From contig JAZORU010000017.1 of the NCBI GenBank assembly GCA_045656765.1, positions 17,489 through 81,488 on the forward strand: a stretch of 64,000 bases of DNA, written 5' to 3'. How positions within the stretch are numbered: the first letter of the stretch is position 1; the number at the start of each line of letters is the position of its first letter. Source of the DNA: Eubacteriales bacterium (GTDB lineage: Bacteria; Bacillota; Clostridia; Oscillospirales; CAG-272). The position numbers and the translations under genes are program-made. The notes below the pieces were generated by a model. That model searched no databases, had not been told where the DNA came from, and saw nothing but the letters and a program-made list of their open reading frames with translations. Shown here one piece after another: positions 48,299 through 57,839 of the stretch.

Positions 48299-48744
48299 TT
48301 TTATTTTTTCTTTAAAGGTATTGATTTCTTTGCGAAATTGTGATAAACTTTTTATGAGAGAACCCTCTGTTATATTTTCCAACCTCGTATGTTGGGCGAT
48401 CACTGACAGGTCTTCTCTTTTTTTGTTGCTTTTTTGCTCTCGGTCTTGACAGTAAGTGCTTTTGATAGTATACTTGTCATAAAGAGTGCATCATTTTCTT
48501 CAAGGGCCCAGTTCGTAAGACTGTCAGCTTGTGAAGAATTTGGTGCCTCTTTTTCAATTACTACATTGTGCAAATACAGTCTTTGATTTTCGCGAGCTTT
48601 ATGAGGTTTTTCAAGAGGTCGGAGTCACGCAAAAACGTCTCGCATGCGTCCGCTATTACCTCGTCGTATGCCTCGTCGTACGTCAGCGCCTTTTCATACG
48701 CAGGGTTTGTTTCGGAGTCTTCTATCCTTCTCTGAATGCGTGCG

Positions 48745-48880
48745 TCGACCCCTGCACCCTTCAGCATATATCCGCATAAAATTCCCGTAATTCCGCCGCC
48801 TATAATAAGAACGTCGGTCGATATATCGCCCGATAGCATCTCAAAGCTCGGCTTTTCTATCCCTTTTTAATCGATTCTAT
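48745..48880 (-). pseudogene. Truncated N-terminus of a FAD-dependent oxidoreductase (YhfW-like)
   Basis: ...PSFEMLSGDISTDVLIIGGGITGILCGYMLKGAGVD then an abrupt switch to unrelated sequence; degenerate 5' end. Confidence 0.7.
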
Positions 48881-48960
48881 TATTTAAGCACAATACCCCC
48901 GCCGATATGGCGGGGGTATTGTTAATATTTCTTGTTTTCGGTATAAAATACAATGTGCTT

Positions 48961-50757
48961 TTAATTCGCAAGCTCGGGGTGTACGAGTATAACTATCATA
49001 CCCTTTTCCGATAGGATCTCCTCGTATCCCGCTTCGAGATACCGAAGCATATCGGCTCTGTAATTACCGTATCTTGCATCAAGTACAACGTAGTCGACGT
49101 CTCCGATATTTTCGTGATACGCGACCTCGTATATTACGTCTCTGTCAGCTATATGCGGCAAAAGGAAGGTGGAAGCGCAGACAGACGCGTCTTTGGGTAT
49201 GGTATCGAGGATCTCTTCCATGCGCGCGTATTTTTCGCTGTTTTCGACGGCACTCTTTGCGTAAGAGCCAAAGGTCGATACTACGCTTACCGAGTAAAAA
49301 CAGAGGGTAAACGCAATAGCAAGAGTAAAAGCGTTCTTTTTGAGGGCAGAGGGAAGCTCGGCTGCGTTGCCGATTGCCGCGTAGAACAAAAACGCGATAA
49401 TTCCGAAGCTGTACTGAAAGCCCGTATCATACTGGTATACGTACATCGTAAGCAGATTTATAAGCATGGGTGCGAGAAGCAGCCAACGCGACGGTTTTTT
49501 CGTGCAGAGGGGTAAAAATCCGAGCGGAAGCATAAGCGTAAGTAAATAGGTAAGCTTGCCTGCGCCTGCGTTCGATGTTGAAAATAACTGTGTCAGCACG
49601 TATCCCGGGTTCAAGAGCACGGTTTTTATAGCACCGACAAGCCCCTCGTCCTTATTTAAAATAAGATTGTCGAAGCGGTTTACCATCATGCCGAGTCCGT
49701 ATTTTTCCATAATAAACGAGCAAATAAGAAAATACGAGACGGATATTGCCGCAACTATGATGCCGTGAATATATTTCTTTTTTGAAAAAATAACGAACAG
49801 GGCGAAAAATATAAGATATACCGCCGCGTCTTCCTTTATGCCCAGTGTCAGCAGTACGCACAGGTACATAGGGATAGGCTTTTCTTTTTCGAAGAAAAGA
49901 AAAACCAAAAGCAAAAGCGGAGTGAGAAAGCAGTTTTCGTGTATATCGTAAAAGCATCCCGTTGAGAGTGCCGCGTAGAAAACGTATAGAGCCGAGAATA
50001 AAACCGTGGTTTTGTCCGAAAGCTTAAAATGCTTTGCGAGCAGTATAACGGGAATTATGCCTGCCATAAGCACGACAGCCTGTCCGATCTGCAAGGTATA
50101 AGGGCTTGGAAACAACATATAGAAGGGAAGAAGCAGATAATAGACGGGCGAGATATGGACTGCGAAATGCGATAGCAGTCGATCACGCTCACAGGTAACC
50201 AAAGGAATCCCTGTTTCTTTCATGTTGTGAAACATATTCACAAAGATTCCAAAATCAAAATTCGGGCTTGAAAAGGTCTTATATCGAAGGCAGGTAATTG
50301 CCGAAAGAATAAAGCAGGATACAAGGAAAAACAATGCCCCGAAGAACAAAACGAGCTTTTTGCCGGGACGGATTTTCGAGATGAGGTCCTCGTTTTCACG
50401 GAATATCCACACAAGAAACAGTGAATATACGACACCGAGTGCTACGGAAAAGAAAAATTTGTTAGCGCTCGGCGCAGATACACCCCATCTTGCTACGCAG
50501 AAGGTAGCCCCTATAAACAAAAACCACGAGTCAGTATTATACCCGCGCATAAGGTATGCGACAAAGGACAATGCCGTAAAATAAACTAATATACAAAGCA
50601 AAGGCAAAAGCATTGACGCGCCTTGGTTGAAATCAAGCTTGAAAAGCCCGTCCTTTACAAACAAGGTGGTAGATATATATATGCACCAAGCCGCAAGCAG
50701 CCTGCATATTATTCTGTCTCTGCTCGAAACTGTATCCGGTATAATGAATTTTTTCAT
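48961..50757 (-). CDS. DUF2079 family membrane protein (GT-C-like)
   Basis: FDFGIF, HFAVHISP, YDIHE, IKEDA, FQYS; multi-TM. Confidence 0.8.
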   Translation of the reverse strand: MKKFIIPDTVSSRDRIICRLLAAWCIYISTTLFVKDGLFKLDFNQGASMLLPLLCILVYFTALSFVAYLMRGYNTDSWFLFIGATFCVARWGVSAPSANKFFFSVALGVVYSLFLVWIFRENEDLISKIRPGKKLVLFFGALFFLVSCFILSAITCLRYKTFSSPNFDFGIFVNMFHNMKETGIPLVTCERDRLLSHFAVHISPVYYLLLPFYMLFPSPYTLQIGQAVVLMAGIIPVILLAKHFKLSDKTTVLFSALYVFYAALSTGCFYDIHENCFLTPLLLLVFLFFEKEKPIPMYLCVLLTLGIKEDAAVYLIFFALFVIFSKKKYIHGIIVAAISVSYFLICSFIMEKYGLGMMVNRFDNLILNKDEGLVGAIKTVLLNPGYVLTQLFSTSNAGAGKLTYLLTLMLPLGFLPLCTKKPSRWLLLAPMLINLLTMYVYQYDTGFQYSFGIIAFLFYAAIGNAAELPSALKKNAFTLAIAFTLCFYSVSVVSTFGSYAKSAVENSEKYARMEEILDTIPKDASVCASTFLLPHIADRDVIYEVAYHENIGDVDYVVLDARYGNYRADMLRYLEAGYEEILSEKGMIVILVHPELAN

Positions 50758-50868
50758 AGCCGTCTCCTTGCTTTTTTCACTTACTGTAATTATACCATAA
50801 AAAGACAACCTTTTTCAACATATATAAGAAAAAATGCCTTTCGCTCATCGAAAGGCATTTTTTCTTGT

Positions 50869-52662
50869 TTACATCTTTGAAAAGAACTCATAAATTTCCA
50901 TAATCTCACTTGGCTTTGATGATAGCAGCCAGCAACTCTTGTATTCTTCAAACCACTCGTCCTTTGCCTCATACCAAGCCTTTGATACGATGCCGTCGGT
51001 CTTTATCTGAAATGCAAGCTCTTTTATTAAAATTATACCGTCAGCAGAGTTTTTAAGACAACGCAGAAGCTCACTGTCACCATTCACCTTATCAAGCATG
51101 TCCCTTATGCTTCTTGCTTTGTCGAGGGATTCTTTTGTTTGCTGTACGTTTAAAGAAAAATTCTCCGCTTTTCTGTGATGGTGCCACATATAACTTTCAA
51201 AATACGTGTTAGAGCAGTAATCAAGCGTTTGTGGAGTTATGTTTGTCAACGCAAGAGCGTTTATAAGAGACACCACGTTGCCATCTGATTTGTAGAATAC
51301 GCGCGAAACCTTTTGCTCAAATTCTTCGTCGGCTCGGGTGTCTTTGTTCCAAGCAATACAAGCACCAAGCACTATGCTATATGTGCAGCATTCGGGGTGT
51401 GCGGGATGTCCGTAGTCTCCCCAGCAGGTATTAAGTAGTCCTATTGCTCCTTGATCGTATCCACCCTTTGCCAATTTCGTTATGTTTGGGACGGAGTGCA
51501 TAGTCAGCTCTATGAGTGACGCCCAAGAGCTTGTTCCGGGGCATACTATCTGCTTGAAGCCTGATTCCTTGACCTTTTCTAATCCGCTTAAGTTTGGATC
51601 TGCCGAATACGTCCAATAAAGGAGGATCGTATCTTTAGGTAAAACGTCAAGCATATCGGGATGCTGAAGCGCAATATCGCACCACATCATTACCTTTTTG
51701 CCCGCCTTAACAATATGCTCGGTTATTTTTGAAACAAAAGAAACGTACAGCTCTGTAGGATCTTTTCCTTTGTTTCTGCCTTTGCAAATGTCAAAGGTTT
51801 CGTCACAGCATATATTAAAATACTTTGAACGGAAAAGAGGAAGGTATTGGTCAATCATTGAGCATATAAGCTCCGCACTTTCGGGATTTGATGCATCGAT
51901 GGTGTGGTGTGCCATCCTCTGCTCCCAAAAATGATTTTTAGGCTCGTAATCCTCAAGCTCGCGAAGATGCTCGTGTTCTTTTAGCATTAGAAGCTCAAAA
52001 AGATGTCCGAATGTGGAAAGCGAAGGCTGGAAATCAATGAAATTATCATAGCAGAACGCGTCCAGCTCCAGAATGTCCTCTGCAGTCAAATAGTCCTCAT
52101 CAGTGCGGTCAACAGAGTAGAACTCTTTGAAATCAAAGGTGTGCTCAACGTAAAACTGAAGTACGTTTACCTTGGCTTTAGCAAGGCGCAATATAAGCTT
52201 TTTTGCGCCATCTACGCTCGGCACTCTTCCGCGTGTCGCATCAAAATAAAAGCCTCTGTAGCTCATATCGGGCGCGTCGTTTATAATGACGCAGGGAAGG
52301 CTCGTGCCCTCTGTCTCGAGCATTTCGAGAAGCGTTACTATACCGTAAAAGCATCCGGCATCATCGCCGCCTTCTATTTTAATGCCGTCTGCCGTTACCT
52401 CTATGCTGTAGCCCTCAGACGAGAGGGAGGCATCTTTTGATATCGTGATTGCCTTTTCTCTTGCAAGAGCGCGGGAAAGCACGACCTTCTTGCCGGTCTT
52501 TTCGAAGATTTTTGCTTTCAGCTCTGCCGCCTTTTTTATAACGCGCGCATCAATGCCGTCCTCGATCAAAATACATACGTTCAAAAGGGAAAAAGCACCT
52601 TTTGTCATTTCAATGCTTTTTGGCTCGGGCAGAATGTTATAAACGGATGCAAGATACGACAT
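50869..52662 (-). CDS. GH20 family beta-N-acetylhexosaminidase
   Basis: DAPDMSYRGFYFDATRGRVP, TFGH, catalytic CDE, MMWCD, TCWGDYG. Confidence 0.88.
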   Translation of the reverse strand: MSYLASVYNILPEPKSIEMTKGAFSLLNVCILIEDGIDARVIKKAAELKAKIFEKTGKKVVLSRALAREKAITISKDASLSSEGYSIEVTADGIKIEGGDDAGCFYGIVTLLEMLETEGTSLPCVIINDAPDMSYRGFYFDATRGRVPSVDGAKKLILRLAKAKVNVLQFYVEHTFDFKEFYSVDRTDEDYLTAEDILELDAFCYDNFIDFQPSLSTFGHLFELLMLKEHEHLRELEDYEPKNHFWEQRMAHHTIDASNPESAELICSMIDQYLPLFRSKYFNICCDETFDICKGRNKGKDPTELYVSFVSKITEHIVKAGKKVMMWCDIALQHPDMLDVLPKDTILLYWTYSADPNLSGLEKVKESGFKQIVCPGTSSWASLIELTMHSVPNITKLAKGGYDQGAIGLLNTCWGDYGHPAHPECCTYSIVLGACIAWNKDTRADEEFEQKVSRVFYKSDGNVVSLINALALTNITPQTLDYCSNTYFESYMWHHHRKAENFSLNVQQTKESLDKARSIRDMLDKVNGDSELLRCLKNSADGIILIKELAFQIKTDGIVSKAWYEAKDEWFEEYKSCWLLSSKPSEIMEIYEFFSKM

Positions 52663-52766
52663 TTTTGTCTCCTATCAATAATAGTAAATTACACTGTAAT
52701 TGTAACACACAACATTTTCTAATTCAACCCTTACCGTAAAATAAAAAAACGAAAGTTTTCTCCCTT

Positions 52767-52948
52767 GTCGAGACCCCAAAAAAGATGCAAGCATCTTTCG
52801 GGGAACCCCGAGTCGACCTCGCTTCATCTCGCACAGCGAGCACTCGGTCTTGGGGCCCACGACCTCCTCCGGAGGCCGTGAAGAAGTGCAACTCCGACCT
52901 GTAGTCAAAACGAAAAAGACACCCTGTTGGGTGTCTTTTTCATTTTGA
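52767..52948. repeat. GC-rich multi-hairpin intergenic element
   Basis: AAAGATGC-aa-GCATCTTT; CTCGC-aca-GCGAG; CACG.CCTCC..GGAGG.CGTG; GAAAAAGACACCC-tgtt-GGGTGTCTTTTTC. Confidence 0.55.
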
Positions 52949-53046
52949 GTAGAGGTGCCGAAAAAGATGCAGGACTTAAAACCTTTTTCACCCGATTATA
53001 ATAAAAAATGCTTTTTGCCTTGGCAAAAAGCTACATCTGATACCTT

Positions 53047-53130
53047 TTCACTATTCACTATTACTTATTACTTCCAAAAAAATTCTTCTGTGGAGGGAGA
53101 AAAGTGAAGAGTGAAGAGTGAAGAGTGAAG
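53047..53130. repeat. Inverted heptamer tandem repeats
   Basis: (TTCACTA)2-TTACTTA-TTACTTC at 53047-53074 facing (AGTGAAG)4 at 53103-53130. Confidence 0.8.
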
Positions 53131-53171
53131 AGGTAAAAAAATATCCTCGGAACAGGTCCGAGGAATTTTTT

Positions 53172-53249
<78 letters not shown>

Positions 53250-53255
53250 ATATAT

Positions 53256-53344
53256 TGGTGCCGGAAACCGGAATCGAACCGGTACGAGATGTTAGTCTCA
53301 CGGGATTTTAAGTCCCGGGCGTCTGCCAGTTTCGCCATTCCGGC
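53256..53344 (-). tRNA. tRNA-Leu(TAA)
   Basis: GCCGGAATGGCGAAACTGGCAGACGC, anticodon arm CGGGA-CTTAAAA-TCCCG, long variable arm, CCA end. Confidence 0.96.
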
Positions 53345-53370
53345 GTGCTTATTCCGATTACAGCTTTTCT

Positions 53371-53399
53371 ATTATAACATCCCGACCCGCCTTTGTCAA
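53371..53399 (-). promoter_or_regulatory. Consensus sigma-A promoter of the tRNA-Leu/fMet operon
   Basis: TTGACA-17-TGnTATAAT. Confidence 0.85.
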
Positions 53400-53515
53400 T
53401 AGTTATATGCAAAATTTATGAAAATATTCTTGACAGTTTTCTTTTTGTTTTTGAATCAGTACCTCTTTTAAGCAATATAAAAGGCACTCAATGAGCGCCT
53501 TTTATATTGCTTTTA

Positions 53516-54148
53516 TTACCTACATCCGCAGCCGTTGTCTTTTGGGGGACAGTTTTTGTCAAAGCTCGGGTTGCAATAGTAGAAGTTCTTGCAGTCGAGC
53601 TTATCCTGCGCTACGCGCAGAGCACTTCCGAAGCGTTGATAGTGAACTATCTCACGCTCGCGAAGGAACTTTATCGGGTCTCGCACGTCGGGGTCGTCTA
53701 CGAGTCTGAGAATATTGTCGTAGGTTACGCGAGCCTTTTGCTCTGCCGCAAGGTCTTCGTGAATGTCGGCAAGAACGTCGCCCTTCAGTCCTACGTATTT
53801 CATATCGAAGGGAGTGCCAGAAGCGGCAACGGGATAAACGCCTGTCGTGTGGTCTACAAAGTAGGTTGCAAACGGGCTTTTCTTTATCTCGTCCTCAGAG
53901 AGATTGCGTGTAAGCTGATAGATTATAGCGCTTATCATTTCAATGTGCGCAAGCTCCTCTGTGCCGATATCTGTAAGCGTACCGACTATCTCTTTGTACG
54001 GCATAGAGTATCTTTGCTGAAGATATCTCATAGAAGCCGCAAGCTCACCGTCGGGGCCTCCTACCTGAGAAATGATTATCTGAGCGTAGAGAGGATTAGG
54101 ATTTTTTATTTTTACGGGGTATTGAAGCTTTTTCTCATATATCCACAT
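53516..54148 (-). CDS. cotJC: Spore coat manganese catalase-family protein CotJC
   Basis: MWIYEKKLQYPV, GGPDGELAASMRY, TEELAH, REIVHYQRF. Confidence 0.93.
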   Translation of the reverse strand: MWIYEKKLQYPVKIKNPNPLYAQIIISQVGGPDGELAASMRYLQQRYSMPYKEIVGTLTDIGTEELAHIEMISAIIYQLTRNLSEDEIKKSPFATYFVDHTTGVYPVAASGTPFDMKYVGLKGDVLADIHEDLAAEQKARVTYDNILRLVDDPDVRDPIKFLREREIVHYQRFGSALRVAQDKLDCKNFYYCNPSFDKNCPPKDNGCGCR

Positions 54149-54415
54149 TTAGTTTGCCTCGCTTTCCCAAGGCCAAGGGGAGTTTATCCAGTTCCAATAG
54201 CCTCCGTCGTTATCGAAAATTGTGAGCGGTCCGTATTGTTTTTCGTACTGCTCGGTAACCTCTTCAAGCTCACAGCGAAGCTTGTCGTAGTGAGAGAGGG
54301 CTTCTGCGTTGTCGGGGTGCGTGTCAAGGTAAAGTGCAGTTTCAAGCACTGCGAAGCTTACCGCCTTGAGCCTGTCTCTCAGACAGGGCTGACGGTTGTT
54401 TTGCATATTCATCAT
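54149..54415 (-). CDS. cotJB: Spore coat protein CotJB
   Basis: LYLDTHP, YGPLT, WNWINSPWPWE. Confidence 0.92.
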   Translation of the reverse strand: MMNMQNNRQPCLRDRLKAVSFAVLETALYLDTHPDNAEALSHYDKLRCELEEVTEQYEKQYGPLTIFDNDGGYWNWINSPWPWESEAN

Positions 54416-54750
54416 CTGCACCCACCTACCTTCCAAGGCTTATCAAGCTCACGGAAAAGAGTTCCGCGGCAAAGAGCCTCATAGGGACTGTAAAGGTCGC
54501 GGAAATGCTGATACGGAGAGTAAACTATCGCAAGCGACGGCTCTCCCGCGCAAGCGGAAGCAAGCCTTGCACCGCCCATACAGCAGGTGCCTTCGCGGCT
54601 ATCGGGCATACCGTGCATACCGCGCGTACCGCAGCCTCCTTCGCGTCTCTGTCCGCCGCAGCAGTTTATCGGTGTGTCAGAGTCAAGCAGGCGGCCGAGC
54701 GCGTGCGCGTCAACGCCTCTGTATCTGTTTGTATCGGGATTATATCTCAT
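54412..54750 (-). CDS. cotJA: Spore coat protein CotJA
   Basis: LAIVYSPYQ..LY..EALCRGTLFRELDKP. Confidence 0.88.
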   Translation of the reverse strand: MRYNPDTNRYRGVDAHALGRLLDSDTPINCCGGQRREGGCGTRGMHGMPDSREGTCCMGGARLASACAGEPSLAIVYSPYQHFRDLYSPYEALCRGTLFRELDKPWKVGGCR

Positions 54751-54807
54751 TGTGTTTTTTTCTCCACAGATTATTAAAGACGGGCGGAATTTTTACCCGT
54801 CTATTTT

Positions 54808-54834
54808 TATATTATGCCGCAGGACGTTTGCCGT
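54808..54834 (-). promoter_or_regulatory. Mother-cell (sigma-K-like) promoter of cotJABC
   Basis: AC-N16-CATAATATA matches AC-N16-CATANNNTA. Confidence 0.55.
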
Positions 54835-54906
54835 GAAAAAAAGCATACCCGAAGCCGCGCTTTAATAAATATAGGGTAGAGCAATAATATAAAAAGGAGA
54901 AATATT

Positions 54907-55644
54907 ATGAAAAAAGCAATTATATCAGCAATACTTGCGGCGGTGCTTTTGGCTTTGCCCGTTTTTGCGTGCTTTGCCTTTGCAGAGGAGCTTCAGCAAA
55001 GCACCAAGCTCTCCCCCGCCTTTGACGTGATAGCCGCGCGGCAGGGTATGGTGAAAAGCGGACTCGTGCGCGAAAACGTGCAGTTTACAGAGACCGATTT
55101 CAAGCAGTGTATAGGGGTATCCGAGCTTGACTATATCAAGATAACACAGGTGCCAAATAGCACCGACGGAATCCTCGTCGTTGGCTTTATGACGGTAACA
55201 GACGGACAAAAGATAGACGCGTCTCTTCTTTCGATGCTTAACTTCGTTCCGGCGTCCGACGAAATAGAGACGGCAAGCTTTACCTTTTGCGGAGACGAGT
55301 CAACGAGTGCCTCGGAGATAAAATGCAACCTTCGTTTAGGTGAGCGTGTAAACTACGCACCTACGATTGCCTCGGTTGATAATTCTCCCGTGATAGAAAC
55401 GCAAAAAGGAAAGCTCGTTTCGGCTGAAATGAGCGCGCTTGACCCCGAGGGAGATAAGCTGATCTACGAGATAATAAGCTACCCTTCAAACGGAACGGTA
55501 AGCATAACCGATATTCAAACGGGAGCTTTTACCTATACACCTTACTCGAATTTTACGGGACGGGATAGCTTTGAGTACGTTGCACGCGACGATTGGGGAA
55601 ATTATACTACGCCTTCTACCGTATATATAACTGTGAAGCAATAA
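54907..55644 (+). CDS. Secreted cadherin-like/Ig (Big_9) domain protein
   Basis: Signal peptide; NYAP, DPEGDKLIYEIISYPSNG, FTYTP..FTGRDSFEYVA.D.WGN. Confidence 0.75.
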   Translation: MKKAIISAILAAVLLALPVFACFAFAEELQQSTKLSPAFDVIAARQGMVKSGLVRENVQFTETDFKQCIGVSELDYIKITQVPNSTDGILVVGFMTVTDGQKIDASLLSMLNFVPASDEIETASFTFCGDESTSASEIKCNLRLGERVNYAPTIASVDNSPVIETQKGKLVSAEMSALDPEGDKLIYEIISYPSNGTVSITDIQTGAFTYTPYSNFTGRDSFEYVARDDWGNYTTPSTVYITVKQ

Positions 55645-55780
55645 GCTTTAACACGATAATATTGCGCCCCTCGCAAGTTTTTTTGCTTTTTTTAATTTGC
55701 TTCTTGCTTTTTTTAGTTGTTTGTATTACAATAAGCATTGTGCAATCAATTGTAAAAAACGACTGCTTTGAGAGGTGCGT

Positions 55781-56605
55781 ATGATAACGCTTGCGTTAAA
55801 GGAGCTTTCGCGTAAGGGCGTGAATATAACAGATATTTCCGTCGCTGAGCTTTGCTTGGGAAGGGGAATACAAAACGCTTTTGACTGTGAGAGCGACGAG
55901 CATACCTTATACTATATCTTGGACGGCGAGTGCGAGCTTCTCGATCCTTCACGAGAAGGGGTCGTGCTTCGTATGCCTTGCGGCACTGCGGCTTTTATAC
56001 CGTCGGACACCTCGTTTGCTTTGCATAACCCAGCAGGCGAGAGGGAAATAGATGCTCGCGTTCTGTGTATCAGATTCAATATGACAGACAGAGAGGGTGT
56101 GCCTGTTGCAATTTCGGATAATTATGCGGTGTGGTCGGATGACTCTGCCTTGACGCTTCACGATATGTTCTGCGAGGCTTTCGACGGCTATATGAGCGCT
56201 GATACGGATTATTTTGCACTTGTCGGCTGTGTGTTCGGTATATTGTCTGCGCTTTGCACGTATCTTTCCGATGCGGAGAACATATCGTGCGATTTTGCAG
56301 GACTTTTGCCTGCGATAAAGTATATTGAAAGACACCTGTCCGACAATACCTCTATATCCGAGCTTGCTTCTATGTGCTTTATCTCGGAGAGCTATTTCCG
56401 CACGAAATTCAAGGCTTTCTCGGGCGGAATATCGCCTGCTGATTACCGCAACCGTCTTCGTATAGAAAAGGCAAGAGAGCTTCTTTCCTCGTCTCTTTGG
56501 ACTACCGATATGATAGCGGACGCACTCGGATTTTACGATACCTCTCATTTTTATAAGATATATAAAAAGGTCACGGGCGAGCTTCCGAGAACGCCCAAAA
56601 ACTAA
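55781..56605 (+). CDS. AraC family transcriptional regulator
   Basis: Cupin-like N-terminus; ELASMCFISESYFR..FK, LGFYDTSHFYKIYKKVTG. Confidence 0.9.
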   Translation: MITLALKELSRKGVNITDISVAELCLGRGIQNAFDCESDEHTLYYILDGECELLDPSREGVVLRMPCGTAAFIPSDTSFALHNPAGEREIDARVLCIRFNMTDREGVPVAISDNYAVWSDDSALTLHDMFCEAFDGYMSADTDYFALVGCVFGILSALCTYLSDAENISCDFAGLLPAIKYIERHLSDNTSISELASMCFISESYFRTKFKAFSGGISPADYRNRLRIEKARELLSSSLWTTDMIADALGFYDTSHFYKIYKKVTGELPRTPKN

Positions 56606-56692
56606 TTGAACAAGAATTAAACCAAAATAAATCGGGTGTATGCCGCTTTGTAAAAAACGGCATACACCCGTATTTTGTTTGTTATGCATTTC

Positions 56693-57415
56693 TTATTTAT
56701 CAGTTTCAAAAAATTTGATACCGCCGACGTCGAACAGCGCGCCCTTTGATAGCGAATGAGCGCTCATACCGTTTTCCGTTATAGCTTTTTTTATCATATC
56801 AGCATCCGCGTGAATGTCAAGGTTACCTGTGAAAAACACCTTGTCCCCGTCAACGCCCGAGCATCCTCCGATAAATCCGTATTCATAAGGGGGTAGCTTT
56901 ACCGAGCCGTTTGTAATCTTCGTGACCCCTATCCCGTGCTTTTCGTATTCAGCCGATAGGGAAGTGTCAGCACATATTACCTGACCGCGTCCAAGCAAAA
57001 GTGTTGAGCAGGCAGTATACCCCTGTGCAACGTCGCATAAAACAAGTCCACTGCGGCGTGCGGTCTCAAGCACGAGAGGGCTCGTATGCTTCGTCTTTGA
57101 ATAGAGCACGTCACCTACGGCAAGTGCGTTATATGCGATATCCTCTGGATACTTGTCCCCGACGTCTGCATCGCACAAAAGCACTTCTGTGCCGCATTCA
57201 CGGCAAAGCAGATCAAAGACGTCCTTTGCACATGCATAATACTCGCGGTGGGTTATAATAGTTTTTCCAATAGCTAAAAAAAGCATATCCGCGTGCGTGT
57301 CAACGGGGTGGCTGAGCCGCGCAAACGGCGGCAAGAGCAGGGGTGTATACCCAAGCTCCGCAAGGTTGTTTTTAAATTCTTCGGGTGCTTTTGATGAAAG
57401 TACGGCAAATTTCAT
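56693..57415 (-). CDS. DUF6873-like protein (amidinotransferase/pentein-like fold)
   Basis: HADM, YPEDIAYN, VAQGYTACS, YGFIGGCSG, DVGG. Confidence 0.65.
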   Translation of the reverse strand: MKFAVLSSKAPEEFKNNLAELGYTPLLLPPFARLSHPVDTHADMLFLAIGKTIITHREYYACAKDVFDLLCRECGTEVLLCDADVGDKYPEDIAYNALAVGDVLYSKTKHTSPLVLETARRSGLVLCDVAQGYTACSTLLLGRGQVICADTSLSAEYEKHGIGVTKITNGSVKLPPYEYGFIGGCSGVDGDKVFFTGNLDIHADADMIKKAITENGMSAHSLSKGALFDVGGIKFFETDK

Positions 57416-57479
57416 ATTTTAACTTCCTTAAAATTGAACAAAAAAGGAGTGCCATTGCACTCCTTTTGATTTGAACGAA

Positions 57480-57665
57480 TTATGCACGCTCTACTTTTCC
57501 AGAACGAAGACAACGGGAGCAAACGCTCATAGTTGTATGAGAACCGCCTACAACAGCCTTTACCTTTCTGATGTTAGCCTTCCATGTTCTGTTTCCTCTG
57601 CGGTGGGAGTGAGATACTGTGTTACCGAAAGTAACGCCTTTTCCGCAAACGTCACACTTTGCCAT
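57480..57665 (-). CDS. rpmB: 50S ribosomal protein L28
   Basis: MAKCDVCGKGVTFGNTVSHSHR...CSRCLRSGKV. Confidence 0.96.
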   Translation of the reverse strand: MAKCDVCGKGVTFGNTVSHSHRRGNRTWKANIRKVKAVVGGSHTTMSVCSRCLRSGKVERA

Positions 57666-57839
57666 TTTGACACCTCCTAATAAACCCTCACGGGTTGTCT
57701 GTTTATATTCTTTATTTTATAACTGTTTTAGAGACCGTGCAATTCTGCTTGCACAAATCAACGAATAGCATTATACCATATCTCTTTTGAAAATGCAATA
57801 GGATTTTTGCTTTTTTTTAGAAATATTTTTCTTAATTTT

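Larger units (their letters stand above)
47006..48745 (-). pseudogene. Mosaic of truncated fragments resembling phage large polyvalent (internal virion) proteins
   Basis: Frameshifted pieces YDEAYDEVIADACETFLRDS, NQRLYLHNVVIEK, YSIADLLYDVKD, SILPSSNKDVK and two YSVRPEKSMSNRHLLA; AT-richer than the flanks; family call from recall. Confidence 0.55.

Noticed and set aside
52946-52975. TAGAGGTGC resembling the start of a lysine riboswitch
   Set aside because: The downstream conserved elements are missing and no gene follows on that strand
53507-54484. 325-aa plus-strand ORF
   Set aside because: Antisense to the clearly recognisable cotJABC genes
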